Origin: Patescibacteria group bacterium
GTDB lineage: Bacteria > Patescibacteriota > Minisyncoccia > Phycocordibacterales > BOKC01
NCBI GenBank assembly: GCA_038062955.1
Contig: JBBTWE010000001.1
Coordinates: forward strand, 627,985-691,984
Reading direction: 5' to 3'
Length of the DNA stretch: 64,000 nt
Shown: positions 19,528 through 29,260 of the stretch, piece by piece
Layout: each line of letters begins with the position of its first letter
Numbering within the stretch: the stretch's first letter is position 1
The notes under the pieces: model-generated
The model's input: the letters and a program-made list of their open reading frames with translations, nothing else
Database searches by the model: none
What the model was told of the DNA's origin: nothing
Position numbers and translations under genes: made by a program

Positions 19528-20457
19528 ATGGAAGATTTAAAACAATTAATAAAAGATACCTACCAAAATCTACCAGAAGATCTGCAACAAGCAGTGATGA
19601 ACCCAAGTCTTAAAAACAGACTTGAAGATATTGGAAGGAAAAATAATTTGAACGAAGCGCAAGTTCAAGCTCTAAAAAACGAAACTTATTTTGTTCTACT
19701 CGCGCTTGAAACCATAAGCGACTTCCAAACGAATTTAGACAAACAAATTAATTTGGGAGAAGAAATAGCCGGAAAAATCGCGCTTTCGGTTTACGATGGG
19801 ATTTTTAAGCCCGTAGAAATTACTCTTTTAGCCATCGAGCAGATAATAAAGGAGAAAGAAGAGGAAGATGGAATTGTACCAGAAGAAACGAAGAATAATG
19901 AAGATAAAGAGCAGGCCCCCACTATAACTCCGTCATCTCAAAAAGAAATCTCAAGACCAAAAGATTGGCCTCGTGAAAAACCAGAGTTTCAGTCTATGAA
20001 GTCAATGATTGCGCCAAGAGAGATGCAAATTCAAAAAGTAAACGAGGAAGTGACTCCTTCTCGGGGTAAAGACGCGGCAATAGAAGAGACACTCCGAAGG
20101 GCTAAAGCGGAAATGGAAGGGGGTGATGTAAGTCTCTCTGGACAAAACCTAAGCGAAATTTCCTCTAGTTCAGGAAGTGATGATTTTAAATGGCCAGATG
20201 ACGTTGCGGGAGTTCGAATAGAAAATAAATCCGAAGAAGATCCTTTTACTCAAAATGAAAACAGTGAAAATGGTGGGGAGGAAAATTTAAATAAAGCGAC
20301 AGTTCTTGAGGAGATCGAACACCCACCAGCATATATGTCTTCTGCTTTTGAAAAGAAAATGCAAAAAACAGCACCACAACAAGTCGTTCCTCCAAAAAAT
20401 AAGCCGGATGTTGTCAAATACGGACAATCAGATCCATATCGCGAGCCAACAAATTAA
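19528..20457 (+). CDS. hypothetical acidic protein
   Basis: Long ORF with a Glu/Asp-rich low-complexity C-terminal half. Confidence 0.3.
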   Translation: MEDLKQLIKDTYQNLPEDLQQAVMNPSLKNRLEDIGRKNNLNEAQVQALKNETYFVLLALETISDFQTNLDKQINLGEEIAGKIALSVYDGIFKPVEITLLAIEQIIKEKEEEDGIVPEETKNNEDKEQAPTITPSSQKEISRPKDWPREKPEFQSMKSMIAPREMQIQKVNEEVTPSRGKDAAIEETLRRAKAEMEGGDVSLSGQNLSEISSSSGSDDFKWPDDVAGVRIENKSEEDPFTQNENSENGGEENLNKATVLEEIEHPPAYMSSAFEKKMQKTAPQQVVPPKNKPDVVKYGQSDPYREPTN

Positions 20458-20507
20458 TCATTGATTCAATTTAATCTAAATTTTGAGTTTTGGCTTAATT
20501 AAAAACT

Positions 20508-20918
20508 ATGCGTTTTCAAGTTCCACAATTTACAGATGTCGAAGACAAAATAATTGGGTCTTTTACATTCAAACAATTTATTTACCTCGCAGGAGGAGGG
20601 GGAGCGTGCATAGCCCTCTATTTTCTTTTACCTTTCTTTGTGGCAATTCTTTTCATGATTCCCATAGCAGCACTCGCAGGCTCATTAGCTTTTCTTAAAA
20701 TCAACAGCCAACCTTTTGTGCAAGTTCTTGAATCTTATTTTAAATATTTAATGGCAGGTAGACTTTATATTTGGAGACACGAACCAAAAAAGATAGAAAG
20801 TGTGCCAGAAAACGGAGAAAATGATGCAAAAATAACTCTCCCAACCATGACAGAATCGAAATTAAAAGAAATCAATTGGAACCTTGATGTGAAGAAGGAT
20901 GCAGATACACCGCTTTAG
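20508..20918 (+). CDS. PrgI/VirB3-like small membrane protein
   Basis: 136 aa with a two-TM hairpin (FKQFIYLAGGGGACIALYFLLPFFVAILFMIPIAALAG) immediately upstream of VirB4, as for VirB3/PrgI-family genes. Confidence 0.45.
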   Translation: MRFQVPQFTDVEDKIIGSFTFKQFIYLAGGGGACIALYFLLPFFVAILFMIPIAALAGSLAFLKINSQPFVQVLESYFKYLMAGRLYIWRHEPKKIESVPENGENDAKITLPTMTESKLKEINWNLDVKKDADTPL

Positions 20919-20988
20919 AAAGAAATTTGATAATTTAGTAAACCAATAGAAATGATATAATCATTGCCACAGCCTCATTTACATAAAA

Positions 20989-21636
20989 ATGGAAATTAAC
21001 GCAAAAGCAACGCAAGAATTCGTTCCGATAAAAGAAGTTAGGGACGGAACAATCATACTCAAAGATAACAGTCTACGGGCCATAATCATGGCTTCTTCTA
21101 TCAATTTTGCCCTGAAGGGCGCAGATGAGAGAAACGCTATTCTCTATCAATTCCAAGTTTTTTTAAACTCCCTCGATTTTCCAGTGCAGATAGTTGTTCA
21201 GTCTCGAGAGCTTGATATACGGCCATACTTAGCTCTACTGGAACAAAGAGAGAAAAGCCAAGTAAACGAACTCATGAAAATACAGATAGAAGAGTATATC
21301 GGATTCATAAAAGATTTTACTGAAAATACGAATGTTATGACTAAAAATTTCTTTGTGGTTGTTTCCTACACCCCCGCAGTTCTTCAGGGAAAAATCAATA
21401 AAGGGATGTTGAGCGGTTTATTTGGGAAAAAAGAGAAAAAAGAAGACATCAAGAGAGGGCAGGAAGAATCTTTTGAAGAAAATCGGACACAATTAGAACA
21501 AAGGATAGCTGTCGTTGAACAAGGATTAGTGAGATGCGGTATTAGAATCGCAAGACTAGGAACAGAAGAGGTGACGGAAATATTTTATAGAGTGTTTAAT
21601 CCTGGAGAATCGGAGAAGTCTATTAAGTTGGGTTAA
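20989..21636 (+). CDS. VirB4/TrbE-like conjugal transfer ATPase, N-terminal fragment (split gene)
   Basis: N-terminal pattern (PIKEVRDGTIILKDNSLRAIIMASSINFALKGADE...QIVVQSRE) resembles the N-terminal region of Gram-positive VirB4 (TcpF/PrgJ type). Stops 48 nt before the next ORF, which is in a different frame. Confidence 0.45.
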   Translation: MEINAKATQEFVPIKEVRDGTIILKDNSLRAIIMASSINFALKGADERNAILYQFQVFLNSLDFPVQIVVQSRELDIRPYLALLEQREKSQVNELMKIQIEEYIGFIKDFTENTNVMTKNFFVVVSYTPAVLQGKINKGMLSGLFGKKEKKEDIKRGQEESFEENRTQLEQRIAVVEQGLVRCGIRIARLGTEEVTEIFYRVFNPGESEKSIKLG

Positions 21637-21683
21637 GTTTAAGGTCAGAAGTTAAACCAATAAACTTAAAACTTGTAACTACA

Positions 21684-23504
21684 ATGTCCTTAATCGATAA
21701 ATTATTTAAAAGTAAAAAACCACAGGAAGAAAATAGTGGCCCGATACTGCCGCAGGAAATTTATGAAGCGGGAGCTTTGGAACTGCGCGATATTATTGCT
21801 CCAAGCGCCCTTAAGATCAGCCCTAAGGAATTAAATTTGGGGAATAAAATCGTTAGGACGTATTTTGTAATTTCTTACCCAAGATATCTAGGGGAGAGTT
21901 GGTTTTCTCCAATTATAAACTTAGACAAAATTTTCGATGTCTCCATATTTATCCATCCAGTAGACACATCAAAAGTTTTGAAACAATTTCAAAAGAAAGT
22001 GGCCGAAATTCAGAGCCAAATCCACGCCAGGGAAGCCAAAGGAATGGTAAGGGATCCGATGCTAGACACCGCATATGAAGACTTAGAAAATCTCCGCGAC
22101 AGTCTCCAGCAGGCCCAAGAAAAACTTTTTGACGTTGGACTTTATCTTTCAATTTATGCAGAAAATGAGAATGAGCTCGATAAAATTGAGGCTGAAATTA
22201 GGTCAATTTTGGAATCCCAACTTGTCTATACAAAACCAGCCTTATTCCAACAAGAACAAGGTTTCAGAAGTGTTGTGCCGCTTGCAACTGATCTTCTGAA
22301 CGTCCACTCCAAATTAAATTCTTCACCACTTTCTAGCATCTTTCCGTTCGTCTCGTTTGATTTAACTTCAGATAAGGGAATTCTTTATGGAATCAACAGA
22401 CACAATTCCGGACTTGTTTTGTTCGACCGTTTTTCTTTGGAAAATTACAACTCCGTCACATTTGCTAAATCAGGTTCTGGAAAATCCTATGCTACAAAAT
22501 TAGAAATACTGCGAACTTTGATGTTTGATACAGATGTCATGGTAATTGACCCTGAAAGAGAGTACGAGTATATGGCTGATGCCATAGGGGGCCGTTATTT
22601 CAAAATCTCGCTGACTTCAGAACATCATATAAATCCTTTTGATTTGCCACCTGTTGGAGAAGGGGAGTCTTCGGCTGACATATTGCGATCAAGTATCATA
22701 AATCTTGTTGGTCTCTTTCGTATTATGTTTGGGGGTCTCTCTCCAGAAGAAGATGCGATTATTGATCGAGCTATCACCGAAACATACGCGCTTAAAGACA
22801 TAACCGCTGAATCTGATTTTACAAATGTTGATGTGCCAATACTGTCAGATTTTGAGATGGTTCTATCAGGAATGGAAGGAGCCGAATCTTTAGTAAACCG
22901 CTTAACCAAATATACCAAAGGAACGTGGTCTGGTTTTATAAATAAACCAACCAATGTCGATATAAATAAAAAATTTGTCGTTTTCTCTCTGCGTGATATG
23001 GAAGATGAACTCAAACCTGTCGCGATGTATATCGTCATGCACCACATTTGGGGCGCCATAAGAAAGGAACTGAAAAAACGACTGCTAGTAATAGACGAGG
23101 CATGGTGGATGATGAAATCTGAAGACACAGCCAGTTTCTTGCTTAATCTTGCTAAAAGAGGCCGAAAATACTACCTAGGGCTTTCCACAATCACTCAAGA
23201 TGTGGATGATTTCTTGAAATCTCCATACGGCATGCCGATTGTTACCAATTCTTCGATTCAAATTCTTCTCAAACAATCACCGACCACAATAGACAAACTC
23301 CAACAAACATTCAATTTAACCGAGGAAGAAAAATATTTGCTTTTGGAATCTGGAGTAGGAGAGGGAATATTCTTCGCTGGTCTTAAACATGTGGCGGTAA
23401 AAATCATAGCTTCTTATACTGAAGATCAGATCATCACCTCCGACCCATCACAGATATTGGCCATTAAGAAAGCCAAGCAGGAATTGAAGAACTCGGAAAA
23501 GTAG
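21684..23504 (+). CDS. VirB4/TrbE-like conjugal transfer ATPase, main body
   Basis: Walker A FAKSGSGKSYATKLEIL, Walker B LLVIDEAWWMM, and the VRTYFVISYPRYLGESWF VirB4-like segment. Confidence 0.7.
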   Translation: MSLIDKLFKSKKPQEENSGPILPQEIYEAGALELRDIIAPSALKISPKELNLGNKIVRTYFVISYPRYLGESWFSPIINLDKIFDVSIFIHPVDTSKVLKQFQKKVAEIQSQIHAREAKGMVRDPMLDTAYEDLENLRDSLQQAQEKLFDVGLYLSIYAENENELDKIEAEIRSILESQLVYTKPALFQQEQGFRSVVPLATDLLNVHSKLNSSPLSSIFPFVSFDLTSDKGILYGINRHNSGLVLFDRFSLENYNSVTFAKSGSGKSYATKLEILRTLMFDTDVMVIDPEREYEYMADAIGGRYFKISLTSEHHINPFDLPPVGEGESSADILRSSIINLVGLFRIMFGGLSPEEDAIIDRAITETYALKDITAESDFTNVDVPILSDFEMVLSGMEGAESLVNRLTKYTKGTWSGFINKPTNVDINKKFVVFSLRDMEDELKPVAMYIVMHHIWGAIRKELKKRLLVIDEAWWMMKSEDTASFLLNLAKRGRKYYLGLSTITQDVDDFLKSPYGMPIVTNSSIQILLKQSPTTIDKLQQTFNLTEEEKYLLLESGVGEGIFFAGLKHVAVKIIASYTEDQIITSDPSQILAIKKAKQELKNSEK

Positions 23505-23525
23505 AATCCAAATTCTCAATTAATT

Positions 23526-23867
23526 ATGATGCCTCCAACAAACACTGCTCCTCAAATATCCAGCATCTGGGCGACTATTATGGTAGGAGTGGCTTTATGT
23601 TTTGATATTATTGTCTTTCTTATCAATCTGATTCCTATTTTGGGTCAAGTTGTTGGAATGATTATTGGCTTTATTGCTTATTTAATTTTTTGGCTCTGGT
23701 TTACGTTAAAAGGAGTGAGTCTTATGAGGCCTAAGAGAGCCGCGGCAATGGGCACGGGTTTTTTAATATCCCTTATACCCATTTTGAATATGCTTCCGGA
23801 AATAACTATTTCTGTTGTTATTACTATTGCATCAACCAGGGTAAAACTACCAGGAGTAAGAGCCTAA
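23526..23867 (+). CDS. small polytopic membrane protein
   Basis: 113 aa with 3 predicted TM helices; sits in the T4SS-like block. Confidence 0.3.
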   Translation: MMPPTNTAPQISSIWATIMVGVALCFDIIVFLINLIPILGQVVGMIIGFIAYLIFWLWFTLKGVSLMRPKRAAAMGTGFLISLIPILNMLPEITISVVITIASTRVKLPGVRA

Positions 23868-23903
23868 ATCGTGTTAGAATAAATAAGTTAAAAAGGCAAA
23901 AAA

Positions 23904-24920
23904 ATGAGTTTAAACAGAATAAATTTCATATTAGCTTTATTACTGTTTATTTTTACTATTCCTCTACACGCCCAAACACTTGATTTACCAGTTTCAAATT
24001 TACCTAATGCTGAAAGTTTTTTGAGCATTAAGACAACTCCAACAAACCCCGGTCCTAGACAAAAAGTTACCGCTACTTTAATTTTTTACCAAACCGACAC
24101 CAAGAAAGCCAATATTTCCTGGTATTTAAATGCGGAATTGAAAGAAAAAAAGATTGGTAAAACAAGTTTTGAATTCGAGACTGGCGGTATAGGATCTTTT
24201 TCTTCAGTGGCTGTAGTGATAGACACTTTTGAGGGTGAAGTTTTTCAAAAAGAAATCGTGCTGCGACCAGCTGAAGTAAATCTTGTCGCAAATGCGGAAA
24301 CTTACACACCACCATTTTACAAAGGCAGGGCTCTTTATACTCAAAAAACTGACGTCAGAATTACCGCTATTCCAGAATTTTTAAATTCAGACGGTCAAAA
24401 AATCAAACCTCAAAATTTAATGTATAAATGGCAACAAGGGAATTCTGTTTTAGGAGAACAATCGGGGGTTGGTAGAAATTCTATAACCGTTCCAGGAGAA
24501 ACTATCACAAGGCCCCTCGACATTCGAGTCGAAGTTTCTACTTTGGATGAGAGAATAAAAGCAAACGGAAGCATTGTTGTCAGAAAAGGGGAGCCAAAGG
24601 TTTTGATATACGAAAAAAATCCTCTTTTAGGCCTCCTTCTTAATCAAAAAGCGGATTTACTATTTATTTCAGAAAAAGAAATTACTTTAGAAGCAGTGCC
24701 TTACTTCTTTAGTGTTCCAACAAAAAATAGTTCCGGCATAGAGTATTTCTGGACTCAAAATTCACAAAAAATTGAATCGGGAGACGAGCAAAGTTCTATT
24801 ATTTTGAGACAAACGGAAGAAAATATGACCGGCAATGTAAATATTGGCGTTCGAGTAACAAATAAAGATAACCAACTTCAAAGCGATAGTTTTAATACAG
24901 AAATTATTTTAGGAAACTAG
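23904..24920 (+). CDS. hypothetical secreted protein
   Basis: Signal peptide; body with beta-rich character. Confidence 0.3.
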   Translation: MSLNRINFILALLLFIFTIPLHAQTLDLPVSNLPNAESFLSIKTTPTNPGPRQKVTATLIFYQTDTKKANISWYLNAELKEKKIGKTSFEFETGGIGSFSSVAVVIDTFEGEVFQKEIVLRPAEVNLVANAETYTPPFYKGRALYTQKTDVRITAIPEFLNSDGQKIKPQNLMYKWQQGNSVLGEQSGVGRNSITVPGETITRPLDIRVEVSTLDERIKANGSIVVRKGEPKVLIYEKNPLLGLLLNQKADLLFISEKEITLEAVPYFFSVPTKNSSGIEYFWTQNSQKIESGDEQSSIILRQTEENMTGNVNIGVRVTNKDNQLQSDSFNTEIILGN

Positions 24921-24923
24921 AAA

Positions 24924-25529
24924 ATGCAAAACAAAACTAAAAACAAAATAATTGCCCTGCTTCTTCTTTCTGTTATTTTGACATCTTTTGGGGGCGCAAT
25001 AATTGTTTATGCCCAACCACAACAATACACGCCACTCGCTCCACTCGATCCTAATTTGGTAGGTCCTCCTGCTCCAACTAATCTAGGAACATATGCGAAT
25101 GCTATGGTAAAAATTTTAATAGGAATTGCCGCGGTTTTGGCCATAATAATGATTATGATTGGCGGACTGCAATACATGTCTACCGATGCCATAAGCGGCA
25201 AACAAGAGGGTAAAGAAAGGATAACCCAGGCATTGTTTGGTCTTGGACTTGCCATAGCAAGCTGGCTTATTCTAGCCACGATAAGTCCAACGCTCCTAAA
25301 AGTTAATTTAACTGTCATTTCTCCTCCCCAACGATGTTTCCCAATCTCAAATAATATGACTGGAGAAGCTTTTGCTTCCATTGCTTGCATACAAGAAGAA
25401 ATTAGATACCGTTCTTATTTAAACGACAATCAGTGCAGGATATTAAATTCTACCGCGTGCCGTGTGATAACAACACCGTCCCGACAGTATTGTTTTGATA
25501 TTACATATGATAACTGTTCAAGTAGTTGA
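24924..25529 (+). CDS. TrbC/VirB2-like pilin candidate
   Basis: Signal peptide followed by two hydrophobic helices (ILIGIAAVLAIIMIMIGGL and ALFGLGLAIASWLILATI), a topology typical of VirB2/TrbC pilins; adjacent to VirB4. Confidence 0.35.
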   Translation: MQNKTKNKIIALLLLSVILTSFGGAIIVYAQPQQYTPLAPLDPNLVGPPAPTNLGTYANAMVKILIGIAAVLAIIMIMIGGLQYMSTDAISGKQEGKERITQALFGLGLAIASWLILATISPTLLKVNLTVISPPQRCFPISNNMTGEAFASIACIQEEIRYRSYLNDNQCRILNSTACRVITTPSRQYCFDITYDNCSSS

Positions 25530-25536
25530 TTAAAAA

Positions 25537-27069
25537 ATGCCCAAAACCATTAAAAAAATTATTTTTGCCGCCCTATTGATTGTCCTAATTGGATTAATCG
25601 GATTTGGTTTTTGGAATTTTCAAAATAGAGACAGTGAGAGTGGAGAGGGAATAAGTATTAGAGATTTTTTACCTTTCGGAAAAGCCCCGACGGGACCTTC
25701 TACATCTACTCCAACATCTACCCCTCAAATAAATCCAGTAAATGGAGGGAGTGAGTCAGAATTGCCAAAACTTCGAAAAATTTCGGAAAAGCCGATAGCC
25801 GGCGCTTTGGCATTTAAAGATAATTCTGATTTAAAAATAAGATTCGTAGACAAAGCTACCGGACACATCTTTGAAGCAAACACTGAAGATATCAGTCTGA
25901 AAAGACTCACAAATACCACCATGCCTAAAATAGAAGAGGCGGTTTGGGCAGGAGAAAGTTCTGTGGTTTTGCGATATCTTAAAAAAGATGAGGAAACGAT
26001 AGAGAGTGTGGTTTTAAAATTAATTCCAAAAAACGAGAGTGATAGGCCGTTCGAATTTAAAAAAAATCTTAAGGAAGGAGATGTGAACGTGGATGTGCTT
26101 TATCTTCAAAAAACTTTGAATAGGGATGTTGAAACTCTTATTGCAGAATCTGGCCCAGGAAGTAGGGGAAACGAAACAAATCGTTTTGGTCCAAAAACAA
26201 CTGAAGCAGTTAAAAAATTCCAAGTTAAATATTCTGACAACATTCTGAAACCACAAAACCTAACGACTCCATCCGGACTAGTAGATGACCTCTCAAGAGA
26301 AAAACTAAACGAAATAACTGGCGTAAACGCAGAACAATCCGAAGAAGAGGAGAATCTGTATCAAACCGCCCTAACCTTCCTTTCAGAAGACATTAAAAGC
26401 CTTGCGTTTATTGAAAGTTTGCAGAAAATCTTTTACCTCGAAGAAGATAGTTTGGGCACCATTGGAACACTCGTAGACATTTCAAACCAAAAGAAAACCC
26501 AGATTTTTGAGTCTGGCGCCACAGAATGGACTGTTCACAAAAACAGGAAGGATGTGGTTATCTCAACTAAAGCCTCTGGTAACGCCGAAGGACTTATTTA
26601 TTCTCTAAGTCCTGTTGGAGCTATGAAAAAACTCTTGGGAGGACAATTGGGACTTACAGGAAATGTTTCTCCTTCAAAAGAAAAAATTCTCTATTCCGTG
26701 AGCTCAAGAAATGGTTTTACTTTAAACCTTTATGATGGCCTTCAAGACCAGTCATCCAGAATTGATCAATCAACTCTTCCAGAAAAATGTGTTTGGAGTA
26801 AATTAAATTCAAAAATTATTTACTGTGCAGTGCCTAAAAACACACCGAGCGGAGACTATCCTGAATCTTGGTACCAAGGTGGAGTGTCATTTAATGACGA
26901 TATTTGGACGATAGATACAGAAACTGAAGAGGGGATATTAACCCAAGAATTAGATTCAACCGACGGAGTGGATATGTTTCTATCGCAAGACGAACAATAC
27001 TTATTTTTTACTAATAAAAAAGACTCAAGCCTCTGGTCGTTACGTTTGGTGAATAGTGAAACAGAATAA
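25537..27069 (+). CDS. secreted protein with a peptidoglycan-binding-like domain
   Basis: PG_binding_1-like segment GDVNVDVLYLQKTLN...NRFGPKTTEAVKKFQ; N-terminal TM helix. Confidence 0.4.
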   Translation: MPKTIKKIIFAALLIVLIGLIGFGFWNFQNRDSESGEGISIRDFLPFGKAPTGPSTSTPTSTPQINPVNGGSESELPKLRKISEKPIAGALAFKDNSDLKIRFVDKATGHIFEANTEDISLKRLTNTTMPKIEEAVWAGESSVVLRYLKKDEETIESVVLKLIPKNESDRPFEFKKNLKEGDVNVDVLYLQKTLNRDVETLIAESGPGSRGNETNRFGPKTTEAVKKFQVKYSDNILKPQNLTTPSGLVDDLSREKLNEITGVNAEQSEEEENLYQTALTFLSEDIKSLAFIESLQKIFYLEEDSLGTIGTLVDISNQKKTQIFESGATEWTVHKNRKDVVISTKASGNAEGLIYSLSPVGAMKKLLGGQLGLTGNVSPSKEKILYSVSSRNGFTLNLYDGLQDQSSRIDQSTLPEKCVWSKLNSKIIYCAVPKNTPSGDYPESWYQGGVSFNDDIWTIDTETEEGILTQELDSTDGVDMFLSQDEQYLFFTNKKDSSLWSLRLVNSETE

Positions 27070-27178
27070 ATAATCTTCTGGTACAGATTTTTTGTAAGAA
27101 AAATTATCAATTATCAACGCTCAATTACCAAGAAAGTTTCAAATTCCAATTATTAATTGAAAATTTGAACATTGAGAA

Positions 27179-27209
27179 TTGATTGAAAATTGGTTATTGA
27201 AAATTGAAA
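27179..27209. repeat. 31-nt intergenic repeat (copy 2)
   Basis: 30 of 31 identical to 11180..11210. Confidence 0.5.
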
Positions 27210-27215
27210 ATTCTC

Positions 27216-27692
27216 CTAGCGCCTAAGTTTTATAACCACTCTTCTTTGGTCTCTTTCTCCCACTGACTCTGTAACCACCCCTGAATCAGGTCCAAAGAGG
27301 GTATGGATGATCATTCTTTCGTAAGAGGACATGGGCTCCATCTCTACACTTTTTCTAGACTCCAAGACTTGCTTTCCAAGTAAGGTAGCAAGAGCTCTTA
27401 TTTTTTTAGCATTTTCTTCTTGATAATTGTTTATATCGATATTAAATTTAGCTAATCCTCTTTTTTTAAAAACTATTTTCCTTACTATATGGTTTAGAGC
27501 TTTCAAATGGTCTCCTTCATGACCTATTAAAATAGAGGAATCCAAACTTTTAATCACAAACTTTGGGAGAGATGGTCCGAACTCTGAAACCTCCACTTTA
27601 TCAAACGCAATATTGAGTTTTTTTAATAAAGTCTCTATAACGCCCTTAACTTCCAAATAATATGTAGCTGTATTTTCTTTGTCATTTGGCAT
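27216..27692 (-). CDS. jag: Jag/KhpB-family RNA-binding protein (KH + R3H)
   Basis: KH-like and R3H motifs (YERMIIHTLF...GERDQRRVVI); conserved position downstream of yidC. Confidence 0.7.
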   Translation of the reverse strand: MPNDKENTATYYLEVKGVIETLLKKLNIAFDKVEVSEFGPSLPKFVIKSLDSSILIGHEGDHLKALNHIVRKIVFKKRGLAKFNIDINNYQEENAKKIRALATLLGKQVLESRKSVEMEPMSSYERMIIHTLFGPDSGVVTESVGERDQRRVVIKLRR

Positions 27693-27711
27693 GTTAGGGA
27701 GTTAGATGTTT

Positions 27712-28449
27712 TTAGACCTTGTTTGTAGACAAGTCTTCTTTTTTGATTTTTCTTTTTATATAAATTTCTTGACCAATTGCAAATAAATTGCTTGTTAGCC
27801 AATAAAGAGCGATAGCGCCGGATATACTATAAGAAATCAGAGCGGCGACTACAGGAAAAACATATTTCATCTGAACACTCATACTGCGGGCGAGATCGTC
27901 TTTGAAAGATTTGCCTTTTTCTTTTAAATCAATTTTGGGCATCGATATTTTCATCTGCAAGAAAGCGGTAATACCCACTAATAGCGCTAAAATAAAGCTT
28001 TTCAGAGATATGTCTATTAACCCCAAGAAAACCATATTTACAGCCTGCGGCACTGCCACAAAAGAATAAAGGATGGCCTCTTGAATTTTTGGCAGACCAG
28101 ACGACATAAAAATACTGTAAAGGGCGTAAACTATCGGAATCTGGATCAGGATCAAGAAAAAGCTTGAAAATGGGTTTAATTTTTTTTCTTTATAGAAATC
28201 AAACATAGCCCTGGCTTGTTCTTGTTTGTCTTTAAATTTTTCCTTAATTTTTTTGAGTTCAGGCTCAAACTGCTTCATCTTCTGTTGCGTTCTAATGGCC
28301 TTCTGGGAGAGAGGGAAGAGAGCAAGCTTCACTATTACAGTAAAAAGCACAACTGCCACCCCAGCATCAGCCCAGGGGATAATATCCATTAAAAAAATCA
28401 ACCCGTTATACAAAGGTTGGTAAATAGCTTCACGATACAAAGAAATCAT
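27712..28449 (-). CDS. yidC: membrane protein insertase YidC (short form)
   Basis: Polytopic 245-aa protein sitting between rnpA and jag; hydrophobic core consistent with the YidC/Oxa1 fold. Confidence 0.75.
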   Translation of the reverse strand: MISLYREAIYQPLYNGLIFLMDIIPWADAGVAVVLFTVIVKLALFPLSQKAIRTQQKMKQFEPELKKIKEKFKDKQEQARAMFDFYKEKKLNPFSSFFLILIQIPIVYALYSIFMSSGLPKIQEAILYSFVAVPQAVNMVFLGLIDISLKSFILALLVGITAFLQMKISMPKIDLKEKGKSFKDDLARSMSVQMKYVFPVVAALISYSISGAIALYWLTSNLFAIGQEIYIKRKIKKEDLSTNKV

Positions 28450-28485
28450 TCGGCTATTGTAATCTATTTTGATTGAAAACGAAAG

Positions 28486-28833
28486 TTAGGGGGTTCTTAT
28501 CACCGCTTTTCGAAGCAGAAATTCTATTTGAGTCTTAATATCTTCAAAAGAAGCCTCTCCTGCAGTTTTTTTATAGACAAAAACGCACAAGAAGCCTGGA
28601 GTAACCTCTTTAAGAAAGTTTCTTACGACAGAATATCCTTGACGGCGCAATTTGTTTCTTTTGGGGGCAATCTTGCTTACTTTTTTCGAAGCGGAGAACG
28701 AAAAAAGACTGGCTTTTACAGCTTCCTTATCCTTCAAAACAAAAAGACTCAAGTCTTTACTGTGAAATACTGAACCTTTTCTGAATATATCCTTAAATAA
28801 GATTCTTCTAATTCGGAGTGGAGAGGGAAGCAT
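28486..28833 (-). CDS. rnpA: ribonuclease P protein component
   Basis: Basic 115-aa protein with an RnpA-like RNR motif region (KLRRQGYSVV); sits between rpmH and yidC. Confidence 0.75.
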   Translation of the reverse strand: MLPSPLRIRRILFKDIFRKGSVFHSKDLSLFVLKDKEAVKASLFSFSASKKVSKIAPKRNKLRRQGYSVVRNFLKEVTPGFLCVFVYKKTAGEASFEDIKTQIEFLLRKAVIRTP

Positions 28834-28869
28834 TTTATTAAGAGTTTTGTCCCTTTAAAGGAATTTCCT

Positions 28870-29004
28870 TTATACCGACAGGCTTTTTCTTCCTTTTCGA
28901 CGTCTATTTCTTACAACTCTCTTTCCATTAGCAGATTTATTTCTCACCAAAAATCCGTGAGTGGTTTTTCTTTTTCTGTTTTTTAGATTTAGAATTTTCC
29001 CCAT
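28870..29004 (-). CDS. rpmH: 50S ribosomal protein L34
   Basis: Not in the ORF track because it is under 60 aa. Translating the minus strand gives [44 protein letters not shown], a classic L34 sequence (44 aa). Confidence 0.85.
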   Translation of the reverse strand: MGKILNLKNRKRKTTHGFLVRNKSANGKRVVRNRRRKGRKSLSV

Positions 29005-29141
29005 ATATTTTAGTTAAGTGCCAAATATTGAAGTTGTGAACTTATCAACAGTTAGTCAACACATTATAAACATATCTAACACTTTCACACAAGTTTCCAA
29101 AAGCTCTCTAGGGATTATAATGAACGCAAGTAAAACTATGT

Positions 29142-29260
29142 ATCCCGTACGAAATCACTGACATTTGGCGGAATTATAAATTTTTATACCAAAATTATCA
29201 GTTAATTTAAAGTGGGTTACGGAATATTTTATTTTATCCGTGCCCTACTTCGTACAGGAT
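29142..29260 (+). promoter_or_regulatory. long-range inverted repeat upstream of dnaA whose downstream arm overlaps the dnaA start codon
   Basis: atcccgtacgaaatcactgac (29142..) pairs with tccgtgccctacttcgtacaggATG (..29261); near-identical architecture upstream of pilB at 56271..56387. Confidence 0.5.

Noticed and set aside
29142-29153. The 12-mer atcccgtacgaa shared by 29142 and 56273 taken as an isolated match
   Set aside because: A single 12-mer match is expected by chance in 64 kb. It became credible only because both arms and the start-codon context are co-conserved, as reported in findings.
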